A stretch of DNA of 64,000 nt from Phoronis australis (lineage: Eukaryota > Animalia > Phoronida): positions 434,707 to 498,706 of the forward strand of contig NMRA01000118.1 in the NCBI GenBank assembly GCA_002633005.1, in the 5' to 3' direction. The notes under the pieces were generated by a model. That model ran no database searches, was not told the DNA's origin, and saw only the letters and a list, made by a program, of their open reading frames with translations. Shown here one piece after another: positions 12,581-24,830 of the stretch (its first letter is position 1; every line of letters starts with the position of its first letter). A program made the translations under genes and the position numbers.

Positions 12581-15500
12581 CTGATACCCAGCAAAATGTA
12601 ACCATTTCGTATAATGTTTTAGCAGCAACATGTTACAACATTGTTACATTTTACGTTGCCAGGCATCTCCTAAAATTTAACAAATTGTTACTTTTAACGT
12701 ATTTGTGACATTTCACGTAGAATGCGCATGCGATAAATGTAGCGTTGTTACATTTTACGAAACCAACGTCATGTCACAAAGTAAAGGACAAAAATCACGA
12801 ACAAGTGGTATCTGACCAGGCCGGGGGTAGTCGAGCGCTTTTGGACGAGGGGTGCTGCCCGAAAATTTCGATACCTACCCATTTACAGAGTGGGCTCGGA
12901 CAAAAAGTGACTCATTTAGAAAGTAATTTTCTGCAAACCACAACAAAAAATATATTTGTGTTGCCTGTAATACCGGGGGCTGGGATTTTTGGGAATGTCT
13001 ATCTTTTACTATAAGATTCAGTGGGTATGTTCAGAGCTATGAATTGCAGACTCTAAATTTTGGTACTTCCTGTCTTCTAGTGGAATATTGTCTCATTTTC
13101 TACTTTTTTCGGAATTCGTGCTTCTGTGACTGAGGCAGACCTTTTTCCAGTTCTCCAAAAAGGGGGCTCGTTCGAGCACATAAGTATGACAAATCCAATA
13201 CAACAAGTTATCATTTTTTATTCATTAACCCAAAATGATTCAAACTTTTAACATAATAAGTAACTTAAAATGCACAATACTTTACAACATTTAGCATTAC
13301 AAACACTATTCAACAGCAACAGTTTCCATGATATGAAAGTGGACATACATGTAACTATTACCATGGTGACGGAATAGTGTTTCCTTACACCAGAATTTGA
13401 CAAGCATCATTTAAAAAAATATGAAGTTGCAAAGAACAAGAATTAGAGGCTTGAAGCTTCACAATCCAACATAGCTTATTTCTCAAATTAAGATTATTCA
13501 TATTGTTGACTTGATAACCTGAATTAAGAAGCAATAAGTTACAAAACATGACTTGAAAGCAATTGAGACTTAAAATTTAGAAAAATATGAATCATTTTGT
13601 GACACCGAATCAAGTCTTGAACAGCAGTTGACAGTCAAACAAAAAACCATTTCAAAATTATTTCAACTATTTTTTTAGCTTAGTGTAAGATAACCTGAAT
13701 GGGAAATTTACAGTAAAATAATTCGAATATATATTATATTTTCGCACAAAAAACACGAAAATTGAACAAAGTTTCTTTTTTGTAGCAACGTTTGTCAAAA
13801 TGTATCAACGTTAAATCTTCACAAATTACAAAGTAGCCGATTGAACATGCCTTTCAGTTCAGCAAAAGTCGCCATGTTGTCGGTGCCGCTGAGTCAGACA
13901 TGAGACGAAGTCCAACGGGAATTGTGAGCACATTTATCACTTAATGAGTAACAACTGCGAGGCTGAAATTTGGTGAACACTGTTAAATCGTGCAGAATAG
14001 TAAGTAAAGATATGTCCAACTAAATTTCACCGTAATTTGTTGGCGAAAACAATTTGCACAAAGTTTTAAACTCGTAACTTATCCCGCTGTCCTCCAATAT
14101 GGCCGACGCGATCCAAACAAAGTGACCCAAATTTCGCCACAAAGCTTGCAATAACTTTAAACTGCTTGCCCCGATTTTGATACTTTTTCGATTTTTACTG
14201 AGTAGAATGTACTACCTTTCCGATGATAGCAAAGTACTTTTTCAAAACGAGAAAAAAAATAAAACAGAAAACAAATCGGTTCGACCCATATTGGTTCCTA
14301 GGTTTGACCGGCCTACGTAAGGAACTTAAAACCAATGCTATTTTAACATACTAAGTACGCGTAACATTCCAAAAAAATTCAACGACCACTTACTACAAAC
14401 TATAAATACACTACATATGCAAACGAATCACGAGATATTACTAATAAAACAAAAAAATGAAAACTTTTCGAGCAACCCATAGCACATTCAGTTACAAGGA
14501 AAAAATGGCGGCGTTCAGGACAAGTTCCTGAACTGATGAGCCGGAAATGTGGGTACGGAAATAACCGATGACAGCCGGTAATTATACGCTCACAGAGAAG
14601 TGTCATATACTGTTAAAAATCGCTTTTGGCAAGAAAGGCGAAAAGAATATAAAAAAGGGTGTCGAAAATAAGATTTTATGTAGTAAGTATTTTCGGATAC
14701 TGGAACCACATGGGCAGTTTGAGAGAAGGACTTTAAGGCCTGAATTTTTCATCACGTGACAGCAGAAATGTTGATAATTTGAACTTCTGAGGAGTTTCGA
14801 TGTACATTCTAAACATAAAAACACACTTTTAAAATCTACCGAGTGACCCTCAATCTACCAATTAACCCAACAATTTTGAGACACCAAATTAATGTGGCAC
14901 CACAGAATTATCAGTACAAATACTTATCTTCACAAAATTGGAAATTTTAAAAAATGATGACTGCTGTTTCTGTGAGAATGAGTCAGAGGATATTTTCCCT
15001 CTGTACTGGTTTTACAGTGTTGATGACGTTTACGGAATGGATTTTTCAAAAGCAGATCAGTCATTTGAGGTAACGCCCAAAGGTATATTTTTGAGCAATC
15101 TGGTGGGACTGAAATACGTATTTAATACTTTGTTTTAAAAAAAACTACACATATATAAAAGAAGGCGGAAAATCCACCAAATTTAGAAGTTGCCAAAAGG
15201 AAATCATCGAGTATCATGGTGTAGAGAAATCAATATTGCAATCACATGGAATTTTATGGCATATTTATTTCTCTGATGTGTTTTGCTGTTTCCCATTGCG
15301 CGTGTGCGCGTTAATGGCGTGCTTCGGAGGAGCGGTGAGCTGTACTTCGTCATTAGATTTTTACAAACTAAGGTAGTAAGAAGACAGTACCTGTCGGTAT
15401 CATAAACTTTGATCTCGCTCTTTTTTGTGGCGTACGTCAATTACTGTGTTAACGATGACTTCAAAGCAATAAAATACTGGTTGAAATAAATCCTGGACTA

Positions 15501-16110
15501 AAAGGGGTGATTTTCCTATCAAATTGACTTCCGAAATTGAATTCTCTGTGAAAATGTTGTCGTGGTCGATTTCCAGAAGAAATACGATAAATACCTTTTG
15601 TGCTTACCAAGGGAAGTGTGTTTACTGTAATGCCGGATGCACAATTCGTTTATGACTTGTGAGTGTCAACAAAAGAATGCTTGTTACTTGATCCTGGAAA
15701 CACCTTTCGTCTGGAATTGAAACTGCACGGTGTACAATTTTGACTATATCAAAAAACTATCCATAATAAAATTACAACGGAAAGCACATAGATACTTATC
15801 TGTAAATTCGACCTGGCACATTTGACACTGAGAATTCCATTTAAACAATACGAGAAAGAAGCCGTTAAATGTGTGAACCGTTTTCCTTCGTGTGGCAAAT
15901 ACCATGCAAACTCATGAAATGTGACGTCGCTTTCGTAAAATGTAACAATGGAACATTTCTCTCATGTTCACTCGACGTAAGTTGTAATAATTACATGAAA
16001 TGTAACAACTTGTTATATTTTAGGAGAGGCCTAGCGACGTAAAATGTGACTATCGCGTAAAATGTAATTGATTACACTTTACAAAACTGTTACATTATAC
16101 GGCTTATCAC
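12581..16110. mobile_element. Large non-autonomous TIR element with GTTACATTTTACG-type subterminal motifs and nested insertions
   Basis: 12581-12770 is the inverted counterpart of 15910-16110, flanked by GGCA(C) on both sides. Internal parts (12650-12960, 14810-15330) are homologous to 32000-32780. Confidence 0.6.
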
Positions 16111-16931
16111 GGCACATCATTCTAATACCACTAGAGAACAGTAAAAAATGGCCACTAGGTGGCCGAATCCGTTCAAAAACGTGAAAGTGGCGCCATTTTG
16201 CTAATACTAAAGACACCTAATAGCCAAATTTCTCAAAGTCCGTTTAGGAACACCGATGATACAGAGGCAAACGTAAAAAACTAAAGTTGCTAAAATATGA
16301 ATATGTATCTGCATAAAAATTGAAAAAAAACATTTAAAAGGATACTAACACCTGTTGAGGTGATTTCAATGCTCATTATCTCCCCTAATAATGCACCAGT
16401 GGCATCTCACTTAAGTGATAATTAAAAGCAACAATTCACTAAAAACACTCATTCTGTCAAAGAATAGGTATTACAGTTCTTGATGGGCGGTCTTCCCCTG
16501 CAGTTACTGTGTCACTCGCCTAAAGCATAGGCAATGGTTGTCCATTTAGCAGACTTTGAAAGGAGTTTTCGCATTTTAATCCAAACTTCTGAGGGTTGAC
16601 AAGTGTTACAAAGCCTCATTTTGCTTCAGAGAGATGGATGGGAATGTTATCATTTATATCTGTTCATACGTCAAAACCGGTTTTAGTATCGCTTTAAGAG
16701 GCAAGCAGATTTGTTGACAATGTTTAGAAGATGCATTATACATGTAAGATAAATACTCACAGAATTTTACTATACATTTTCAGAAACAATCTTAGAATTG
16801 AGATGAATTTGCCAAATATGTCTGTCTTGTCACAATTATTTCTCCCTGACCCGCAGCCATACCGGGTCAATCGCATAATTCCTAACATACATATGTATGT
16901 ACGCTGTTCATACAATGTTTGTTCGTCCTTC

Positions 16932-17362
16932 CTAAACCGGTCTTCTAAAGGTCATTGAGTTTCCAGCTTCCAAAGATCGACGTACAAGATTCAAACTCTT
17001 AAGAGACTGAGTACCATCCAAAGTATCTTTGTTGCTGGTATCATCGCGTTTCGGTAATTCGTGCGGCTGTGTTGGTTCGGAAAATTTCCTGGAGCCGACT
17101 TTACCAAACAAACTCGCTGACGACGCCAAAAAGTTATCAAATATCAGTGACGATTGCTGAAAGTCCAAAGTTGATTTGCTACAAAAGTCCAAGCGAAGGG
17201 CATCTTCAAGAGCCTTCTTTCGTATGTAAATGATAACGAGAGTCACCAATATAATGATAATCGAAACACCTCCAGCGATACCACCTGCGATGGCGAATCT
17301 CATATCGATAACGACACTCGTTGGCTTCTCTCTTGGACCTTGCCCACTTTGAGGCATTTTTT
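16932..17362 (-). CDS. IgSF gene terminal exon: stalk, transmembrane helix and cytoplasmic tail
   Basis: Acceptor AATTTACAG| (phase 1). TM segment FAIAGGIAGGVSIIIILVTLVIIYI followed by RKK stop-transfer; open to the stop at 16932. Confidence 0.85.
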
Positions 17363-17797
17363 CTGTAAATTATTAACATATTATTAATACACATAAATCT
17401 TGGTAATAAATTAAATCTTTACAAAGCGTAAAGCTGCAAGCAGCACACAAAGTATTTTTTTATCCATTTAATTGCAGCCATTAACATGTCTCAGACATCA
17501 GGAGGGCGCAATCAGGTGTGCCTTAACCTTTTGGGTACAAGCTAGATTTGATTGTGACCTTTTTCACTTTTAGCTGTAGGCTGCATTCACCTTTTGTGCT
17601 AGTTGTCCCTGGTTTCTGCGGGATTTAAACAGTAATAGCTAAATTTCAACTACTAGATGGGTCAGTCTTGAGAAACTTAGTGAAAGTTATATGGCTCTCC
17701 TTGCGAGGTGCTGGTACTGGTTTCTGTCTTCTGACGGTGGTGCTGGGGTTACATAACCGTGCCTGGGCGTAGACAATGTAGTTAAGACAGTGCAGAT

Positions 17798-18291
17798 CAG
17801 TGGTCGGCAAACGTTTTGATTTTAGATCCGCTTATGAACATTTTGTCTGCCGACGACCCCCTGTTATCACTTTAAAAGAGTAAGAGCAATAATTTCTACA
17901 TAACACACAACTTTTATTCATTCATACGTTTATGGGAAAGATGCCGCTGAAGGTCACCACAGCACATGACATTTGGTCGATGGTTATTAGTTTCAGGGTC
18001 GAGTCACCACCTCCTCTACGTTTAATATGTGACTAAACCCTACTTTTACCATATAGGAACTTGGGAAACGCAAAGTGGCTGGAAGCTTGGGATATTTGCT
18101 CGTAGCATTCACATTAATTTCGGCTGCAAGACTGTTGACAGGAAGCAATGACTTCACCTCCAAGTCAACTCACTAGCATATCAACAAGTTCATCTTGTAG
18201 ATCCAGTTCAACGTTTGTGATATTCATTTCTGTTATTCAACCATCTCCTGAATGTTACCGACCCACAATCGATTCCCGTTGCTGACCACTG
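17798..18291. mobile_element. hAT (Charlie-like) MITE
   Basis: TIRs CAGTGGTCGGCAAAC / GTTGCTGACCACTG. Imperfect 8-bp TSD GTGCAGAT / TTGTAGAT. Confidence 0.7.
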
Positions 18292-18340
18292 TTGTAGATG
18301 GACTAGAGCAACAATAGCGCGCGGTCTTACAAGCACTTAC

Positions 18341-18673
18341 CATGTACTGTGAGGCGCTTTGATTGTGTTCCCGTAGTTTCCGCTCTGTTTGTTGCCTCAC
18401 ACAGGAACCCAGTGTTGTTGTGACTTTCGTTTAAGGTCAATATGAGGTCGAGATAAGCCAGTCTGGTTCCGTCCTTTTTCTTTTCGTTGCCGTAACGCAA
18501 GCCATCTGGCGTTGGGAAAATGGTGAATTTAGCGAGCTCGTCTCTCCATATGAGCCACCTGACAAGAGCTTCTGGTTTTCCAAGGTTCACAACGCATGTC
18601 AATGAGTAAGGATGTCCGAGAGTGAAAACAGTTTGTGACGACTGTCCTTTTATTACAGGTACCGATGGAGGAA
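18341..18673 (-). CDS. IgSF exon: C2-set (CD80-like) Ig domain
   Basis: CCTTTTCAG| ... |GTAAGT, 333 nt, phase 1-1. Reads PPSVPVI...YSLTCVVNLGKPEALVRW...NESHNNTGFLCEATN...RLTVH. Confidence 0.9.
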
Positions 18674-18927
18674 CTGAAAAGGGACATACATACAAAACGC
18701 GTTCATAATGCTTTCTCATGCGTGATCAGTAGCAAGTCAGTGCAACTCAAATCTAAATGTACAGTGTCAGGTCTACTGTGGGAGAAGAAAGTCACGTTCA
18801 AAATCATGTTTTGTAACACCGATATATCTATATTAAAGTGTTTTAAATCAAGTAGTAATTCCCATCACCAGAAATCGGCAGACATGATTTCAGCCCAATG
18901 ACACCGTTCATTCCAGATATCACTTAC

Positions 18928-19335
18928 TGTAAACTCTCAGGGTGGTCTCTTCTACCTGGCTAATTGTAGAATGTTTGTTGGCCATATCAGAGTACCTGCT
19001 TGCAGCCTTCACAAGACACCTGTACACAGCTTCGTCTGAGAGTTGAAGATCAGATAAAGTAATGGACAAATCAAGTGACGTCTGCTCGTGGAAGAACTCC
19101 GTCGAGGCCCTGCCGCTGAACTCTCTAGAAAACATTCCGTTCTTGAGTCCGATTACGGGATATTGGAACACTGGATACGGTGGCGAACCTTTGGCTTGCT
19201 TCTCCCAAGTGAATCCTTTTAAGTCCATGGAGAAAGGAATGTGATAGCTGCAGTGCAGTATGGCGTTTCCGCGTATCGTGCCGACAGTCTTACTTGGCAC
19301 ATACACATTAAACAGTTTACTAGTTTCCGCGCCAG
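18928..19335 (-). CDS. IgSF exon: V-set Ig domain
   Basis: TCTTTTGAAG| ... |GTAAGT, 408 nt, phase 1-1. Reads GNAILHCSY...FTWEK...FSGRA...LSITLSDLQLSDEAVYRCLV...TLRVY, canonical V-set motifs. Confidence 0.9.
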
Positions 19336-20237
19336 CTTCAAAAGACAACAATAATGTCGTGAACGTTTAGATAGGACAGGCACTGCATGGTGACATTTTA
19401 CAAAGCTACCAAAGCTGCAAGCAACAGCGAATGAACAACACTCCCCCCTCTCTCTTTGTAAATTGCATGAGGCAGTCACTAAGAATTTGTCGTTTTAAAT
19501 AGCATGTCTTCATTGTTTTAATTCAAGCGCCAGGAAACCTTCGTTCCATCGAAGGAGATAAATGTTGATTTTTACCGCGTGCCGCAATGAAATTGGTCTC
19601 AACTTGTTCCTGATTTCTGAATTTTCCAAGAACTTACAGTTCGTCGAATCCAGATGCTCGGTGTAAAATAAACAGATGTGCCATGACAAGTCATGTTGCA
19701 GAACCTGGTCTCAAGCAACTTTAACGGACTACCAGATCCTTGCAAGTCCAGAACACACAATTATTGTAACTGTCAAACAATACGAGAGCAATTTCATAAG
19801 AAGAAGTGGTCTAAATACACTTTTTGCTGCAAAAGAAGGGATTCTGACCGCTTTAATGCAATACGTAAACATTGTTGATTCTTCATGTGTCCGAGCCAGA
19901 CGTCGTCTCTGACGACGTAAAAGGACACCGGACTTACGGTACGAAAATCCATTCAATTAAATGAGCTACCAGCTGAAAATCTCGAATAACTAGATAACGG
20001 TAAGTTGAAGAGAAAAACAAAGGGTACATTTCAATAGCTTTTGAAATGATCTATTCACATAAAAATAAAAAATGCCTGCAGAGGCAGCGGATCAACGGCT
20101 TCGCGTACAAACTAATAAAAAGGCAACCACAACATTTGGTGCCCAATTGCAACCAAAAACAATAGCTTTGAGTTTTCATGAGACATGTGGATAAAATCCT
20201 CGTATATCTAATAAGAATTCGACCTGTAGCGCGAGAA

Positions 20238-20312
20238 CAAAGAAAGTAAGAAAGAAAGAAAGACAGAAAGAAGGAAAGAAAAAAAAAGAAAGAAAGGCAG
20301 AAAGAAAGAAAC
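20238..20312. repeat. (AAAG)n microsatellite
   Basis: Imperfect AAAG run visible in the sequence. Confidence 0.85.
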
Positions 20313-20957
20313 AAAACATTTTAATACAAACAAACATATCAAATGAAAGTGCTCTAGCGAACGCCACAAGGTGAAATCGAATACAAATTTAAAGGCGAGG
20401 TTGACGATGAAACCAAGAACATAAACAACCATGAACACGACGCTTATTACAGCAACGTATTAGATACCCCGTGATGAGATATATTTATATACGGAATTTG
20501 AAAAGGTTCTGTCAAAGGATCGCAGACCTAGAGCTCAGCAAATATAATTCGAGAAATGGCCTCCACAGCATTGTCTTGAGTTCGCTTTCGCTCAGGAACA
20601 ATAGTTCTCGGGCTACTGACTAAATAAACACTACGTAAATTTCGAGTAGATCAGACGAAAAATGCAATCTCTAGCACAAATGTGATAGCCTAACATAGTG
20701 CAGCTATAAATAACTGAGCCAAGAAAAGAACACTCATCTAAGCAGTATATCACGAGCGAGGACGGTAAGTCGTACATGTAGTAAGAAACGAGTTTACTTC
20801 GCTGATAGCACTTGAAAAGATCTACCCACATACCGATTTTCCGACAGATCCGTCAAGGAACACTGAAGATACGGCACAAAAAATCAATTAACTGGAGACC
20901 AGAAAATCTCGAATAACTTGAGAACGGCGAGACCTAGAGAAAACAAATGGCACACGC

Positions 20958-23902
20958 TAGGCCATGTTAAGCGGGGCCCAGGGCACAAATAAGTAGCCGG
21001 GTCCGTAACCTCTATAACAAACTTATTTTTTTCTGCTGTTATACTGCAACGTTAATACGCACGTTTACAAGTCTTCTTGGCTGCAGTCATGCAATAAACA
21101 CCTAAAGTGTAATTATACCTTGTGCCAAGGCATACTCCATGCGCGAATACAATAATGCTACAAGCTCCTTCATGGACAATCACGAAAACAGGTGGTTTTT
21201 ATTCGTTTGAGTATCGAAAAAGGACCTCGCATCTTCGTCGTTGGATGCCATACTTGAGATAAGTACTCAATGGCTATTCTTAGATTAGGGAAAATGCAAT
21301 TCCAATTCCCGTCTGCTCGCGATGTGACACATAGCATCCAATTGTGTGGACAATTCACCTGTTATTCCTTGGCGTAATGCATGTACTGAACGAGCTCCTT
21401 CCTGAGACTTTCGTCAAATTCTGTCGGCTACACCCTTTTGTGTAGAGTTTGTGACCCTAAGTAAGTAGGCAAAGCGTTCATTCAGCTCGCAGCATGGCTT
21501 TTTTCGTCGACAATTCTCCGCAGTGGGACGATCGATGATGATATTGAAAACTGAGGTATGAAATCTATCTCGTGCAAACTGTAAGATGCCACTCGACTCT
21601 CCTTGTATTCGACAATACCTCCATCTACGAGAGATTTGGCCTTATTCCCAACCGTATTGCCGCACCATTTGGCAGAAGTGCGTCTGTGCGAAACTGTGCT
21701 TATATGCTGAACTTAGGAACATGAGCCAATATCCGAACCACTTGGGCAACAAAACACGGCGAAAAAACATGGTTTCGGATATAGGCCCATGGGCCAAAAA
21801 GCGCAGCAGTACGGTAATACAAAACCTTTAAAGATACAGAGGCAAACGTAAAAATTGCAGCGGGAGTCAAAACGGATACACTATATGCAAATTAACGTAT
21901 GGGCAGGGAAATTACCTGGGCTTACCTGTACATGGGAGCCACTTGGGCAAAAGCACGAGAAAAGGCATTATTTCGAATATAGACCCATGAGCCTAAAGGC
22001 GTGACAATGCGGTGCACGTCGGGATTGTTTGTCATGTCATCGAACATTCTTTGCACTAGTTGCGACGATGCACTACCTAAATATAACAACTTGCTGTTTG
22101 TGGAAATCGATTTAGGATTGTGTCCCAGATAACACTCAACAATGCACTGAATTTCAAACTTCTTCTCCTCATGCCATGCTATTCTCGTTAACATATCGCC
22201 TAGTGGCCCAGCGTGATTCGGACATTCAAGCTTTTTGGGTTGCAAGATAATTCTGAGACTATGCAACCCATCTGTGAGTTGACACCGAGTTGCAACAAAT
22301 TGACCGACAGCGTGAGTGCATCAGATTTTAAAAGAGAGCAAAGCTTCGGACATATTCAGGAAAAGGAAAATAGTTATGATAAGTGCTTGAAAACCAGTAT
22401 ACATAAATTTCCCAGATAAGTTGCTGGCGTTGGTGCAACTTTGACGTACGCCAGCTAGTCATTGAGTGACAAATCCAGCTCAGTAAGTGTCGTCGTTATC
22501 ACATCAGCAAGATCTTCAGCACTGTGGTCATGTATTGGAATAATAATTGGCCTTTTAAGACTTACTAGACAGTGAAAGAAAGTCAGTTGACCCACGTGTG
22601 TTACTGAGTAATATTAAGCTTTGTGCAGCTTATCCAGTATGAGATTACAAACTTTACTGCTCATCAAAGTAATCAGCTCGTTACTTATTTTGCCCATTCT
22701 TTATTCCTGTGACGATGAGATCGGACAAAATCTTCCAGAAGCACAATGATTCCAAGGAAGTTTCCATTGTGAGCGGATCCGAGAGTTTAGCATTCAATTG
22801 GAAATGGCACTCCGCGTCTAGTCAAGCATTTTGTTACTGACAAAACCCCTCGCCTTTTACTGGTCACGTTCGTAGGTTGTCGAGGTGTTGATTTGAATCG
22901 GAAATTGTGGCTTCAGCTAGTAGAGTAGCCAGCTGTTACATTGTACATGTGGGTAGTTTCTTCATGCGACTTTTAATTAGCACGAATAATTACAACTGTG
23001 AGCAAGTTTCCTGTCATCACACCCACGTGTGAAAATTTTGGAAATGAAAATGCATAGGTAGCAAAATATCGTGCCAGTGCACTCACAACATGCTGGATTA
23101 GACTGGCGCGACTGATGGTTCTTCCGTTATTCAATGCTTTTTCGAAGAATTCTCAGCAAACAGCTTCTGTTCCGTCCTGTTGATTTGCTATGATCAGCAT
23201 CTTAATGTGGTTAGACTGAACTAATTCCTGGTAAAGGTTGCTCTTGACAGAAGTTTACGCATCCCAACTGGTTAAGCATACGAAACCCAGTATCTGAGTT
23301 GCACTCGGAGTATTTTGGGCTGTAGATTGGGATACCACGCGTTTGGTATTTCGTGTTTCAGATTCTTCGGCCAGTTGCTCTACATCTGGAATACTGATTT
23401 GCTTTGTCATATTGTTCTCTGATGGTGGATTTTCTTGAGCACTCAGTGTGCTTGATGTGTCACTGGGTTTCGGGTATTGGGAAGAGACATTTTACTTATC
23501 CCATTCTGCAGCTTAGTTCATGTGGCTTCTTGACACGTTTCCGACTACCCAGCCATTTGCCATTGTTTCTGGTTACAGCTGAGTTGTTGCCCATTTTCTT
23601 TTCATCTCTTTTAGACCTATAAGCTATAAGTGCTAAGTACTTCAGATATACTGCTTAAATAACGACAGTTTTGAACAGTCTGTCCTAACGCACAATTGCG
23701 TTACAAGTTGCACTCTAGTTGCTATACCGACCACGAGATTGTTGCCTGTTTGCATCTTCTGTAACTTTACAATTAATAAGATCTTTGAGGTTTTAACTTT
23801 TTAACTTAGTTTCAACATGTTTAGGCTTTAACTTTTTCGTTATGGTGCAGGTCCCCTAAGGACGCGGGGCCCCCTGGAGGCGCGGTGGATAACATGGGAC
23901 TG
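20958..23902 (-). mobile_element. Decayed hAT transposon (ZMYM1-like / Tip100-type transposase)
   Basis: Broken frames with HDHSAEDLADVI...NASNLSGK (catalytic region, ~22400-22540) and FPNLRIA...FSILKRIKT (hAT dimerization domain, ~21190-21300). GC-rich ends with degenerate TIR (..CCATGTTA / TAACATGG..). Confidence 0.75.
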
Positions 23903-24210
23903 GTCTCATTTGCGTTAACTCTTGTAAAGACCTATGTACAGAAAATCCCACCAGAAACAGCTCAACTATGGCTCCACGGCAAACCAAAAACCGGAAATTT
24001 GGCCTCCACAGCGTCATCTTGCGTTTGATCACAAGAGGGCTTGAATCATTCACAAGACACATGCTGTGTGTAAATTTCACACCAATCCAATAGGAATTGC
24101 TATCTGTATCGTGCGAACAAGGAAACAAACAAAAATTATAACAAAGCAATAGACTTGGAAAAATTTCATTTCACCAGGTAATGATAATCATGATAATGAT
24201 ATAAACCTAC

Positions 24211-24495
24211 TCATAAACTTCTGTACCACCGTTGGCTTCATACAAATCTCTGGTCTCTTTTGAAGGCAAGTCGAGATACGGAATGTCGAGTTGGTACTGT
24301 TCACGAAGATTTCTTGCTGTATCAAATTCTTAGTGACGTTCACACACTGGTAGAATGGTGACCACGTCTTCCCTTTGTCTAAAGTTTCTTCCACTTTCAT
24401 GCAGTAGTCGTTTGATTGATCGTTTTCAATTTGGTACCGAATCATTCTGTCTCGTGAGTAATGCAAAGGTTCAACGGGATCCAGCAACTCCAAGT
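24211..24495 (-). CDS. IgSF exon 13: Cys-containing FN3-like membrane-proximal domain
   Basis: GATTTACAG| ... |GTAGGT, 285 nt, phase 1-1. Reads DYCMKVEETLDKGKTWSPFYQC...FRISTCLQKRPEIC. Confidence 0.8.
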
Positions 24496-24626
24496 CTGTA
24501 AATCGCAGGTTCTCTTCAGGGTTTGTCAAGTTTTACATGTTAATTGTTACCGTCTACACATGTACTGTACCATGTAGCGTAAGGCAACAGTAGTTGTGTT
24601 TCTGCAAAATAGCCCATTGTACTCGA

Positions 24627-24830
24627 GGGGCAGTGTGGCCTAGTGGGATAAGTTTCCACTTCTTTTGCTGAAGGTCATGGGTTCGATTCCCACTGGGGCA
24701 CACTGCTGGACCCTTGAGTCAGGTCACTAGCTCTTCAACCCGGTTATCACTACAGTATATATTGATATAGCATTAAAATGGTTTCAGAGCAACAAACCCA
24801 CCTAAGAGGCCTGCGCCTATCTTGGACAAC
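24627..24830 (+). mobile_element. tRNA-derived SINE (5' head; 3' end approximate)
   Basis: A box TGGCCTAGTGG and B box GGTTCGATTCC, followed by a CCCTTGAGTCAGGTCACT core typical of metazoan SINEs. Confidence 0.75.

Noticed and set aside
20208-20460. Hydrophobic ORFs as a possible missing TM exon
   Set aside because: In-frame stop directly upstream and no phase-1 acceptor; much of the hydrophobicity comes from the (CTTT)n microsatellite.
23856-24149. Open frame after a phase-1 acceptor near 24093
   Set aside because: No domain, TM or GPI signature and it runs into the hAT end; it cannot be supported as an exon.
24627-24700. Possible tRNA gene
   Set aside because: No proper acceptor stem or poly-T terminator, and it continues into a SINE core. 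The same applies to 27655-27712.
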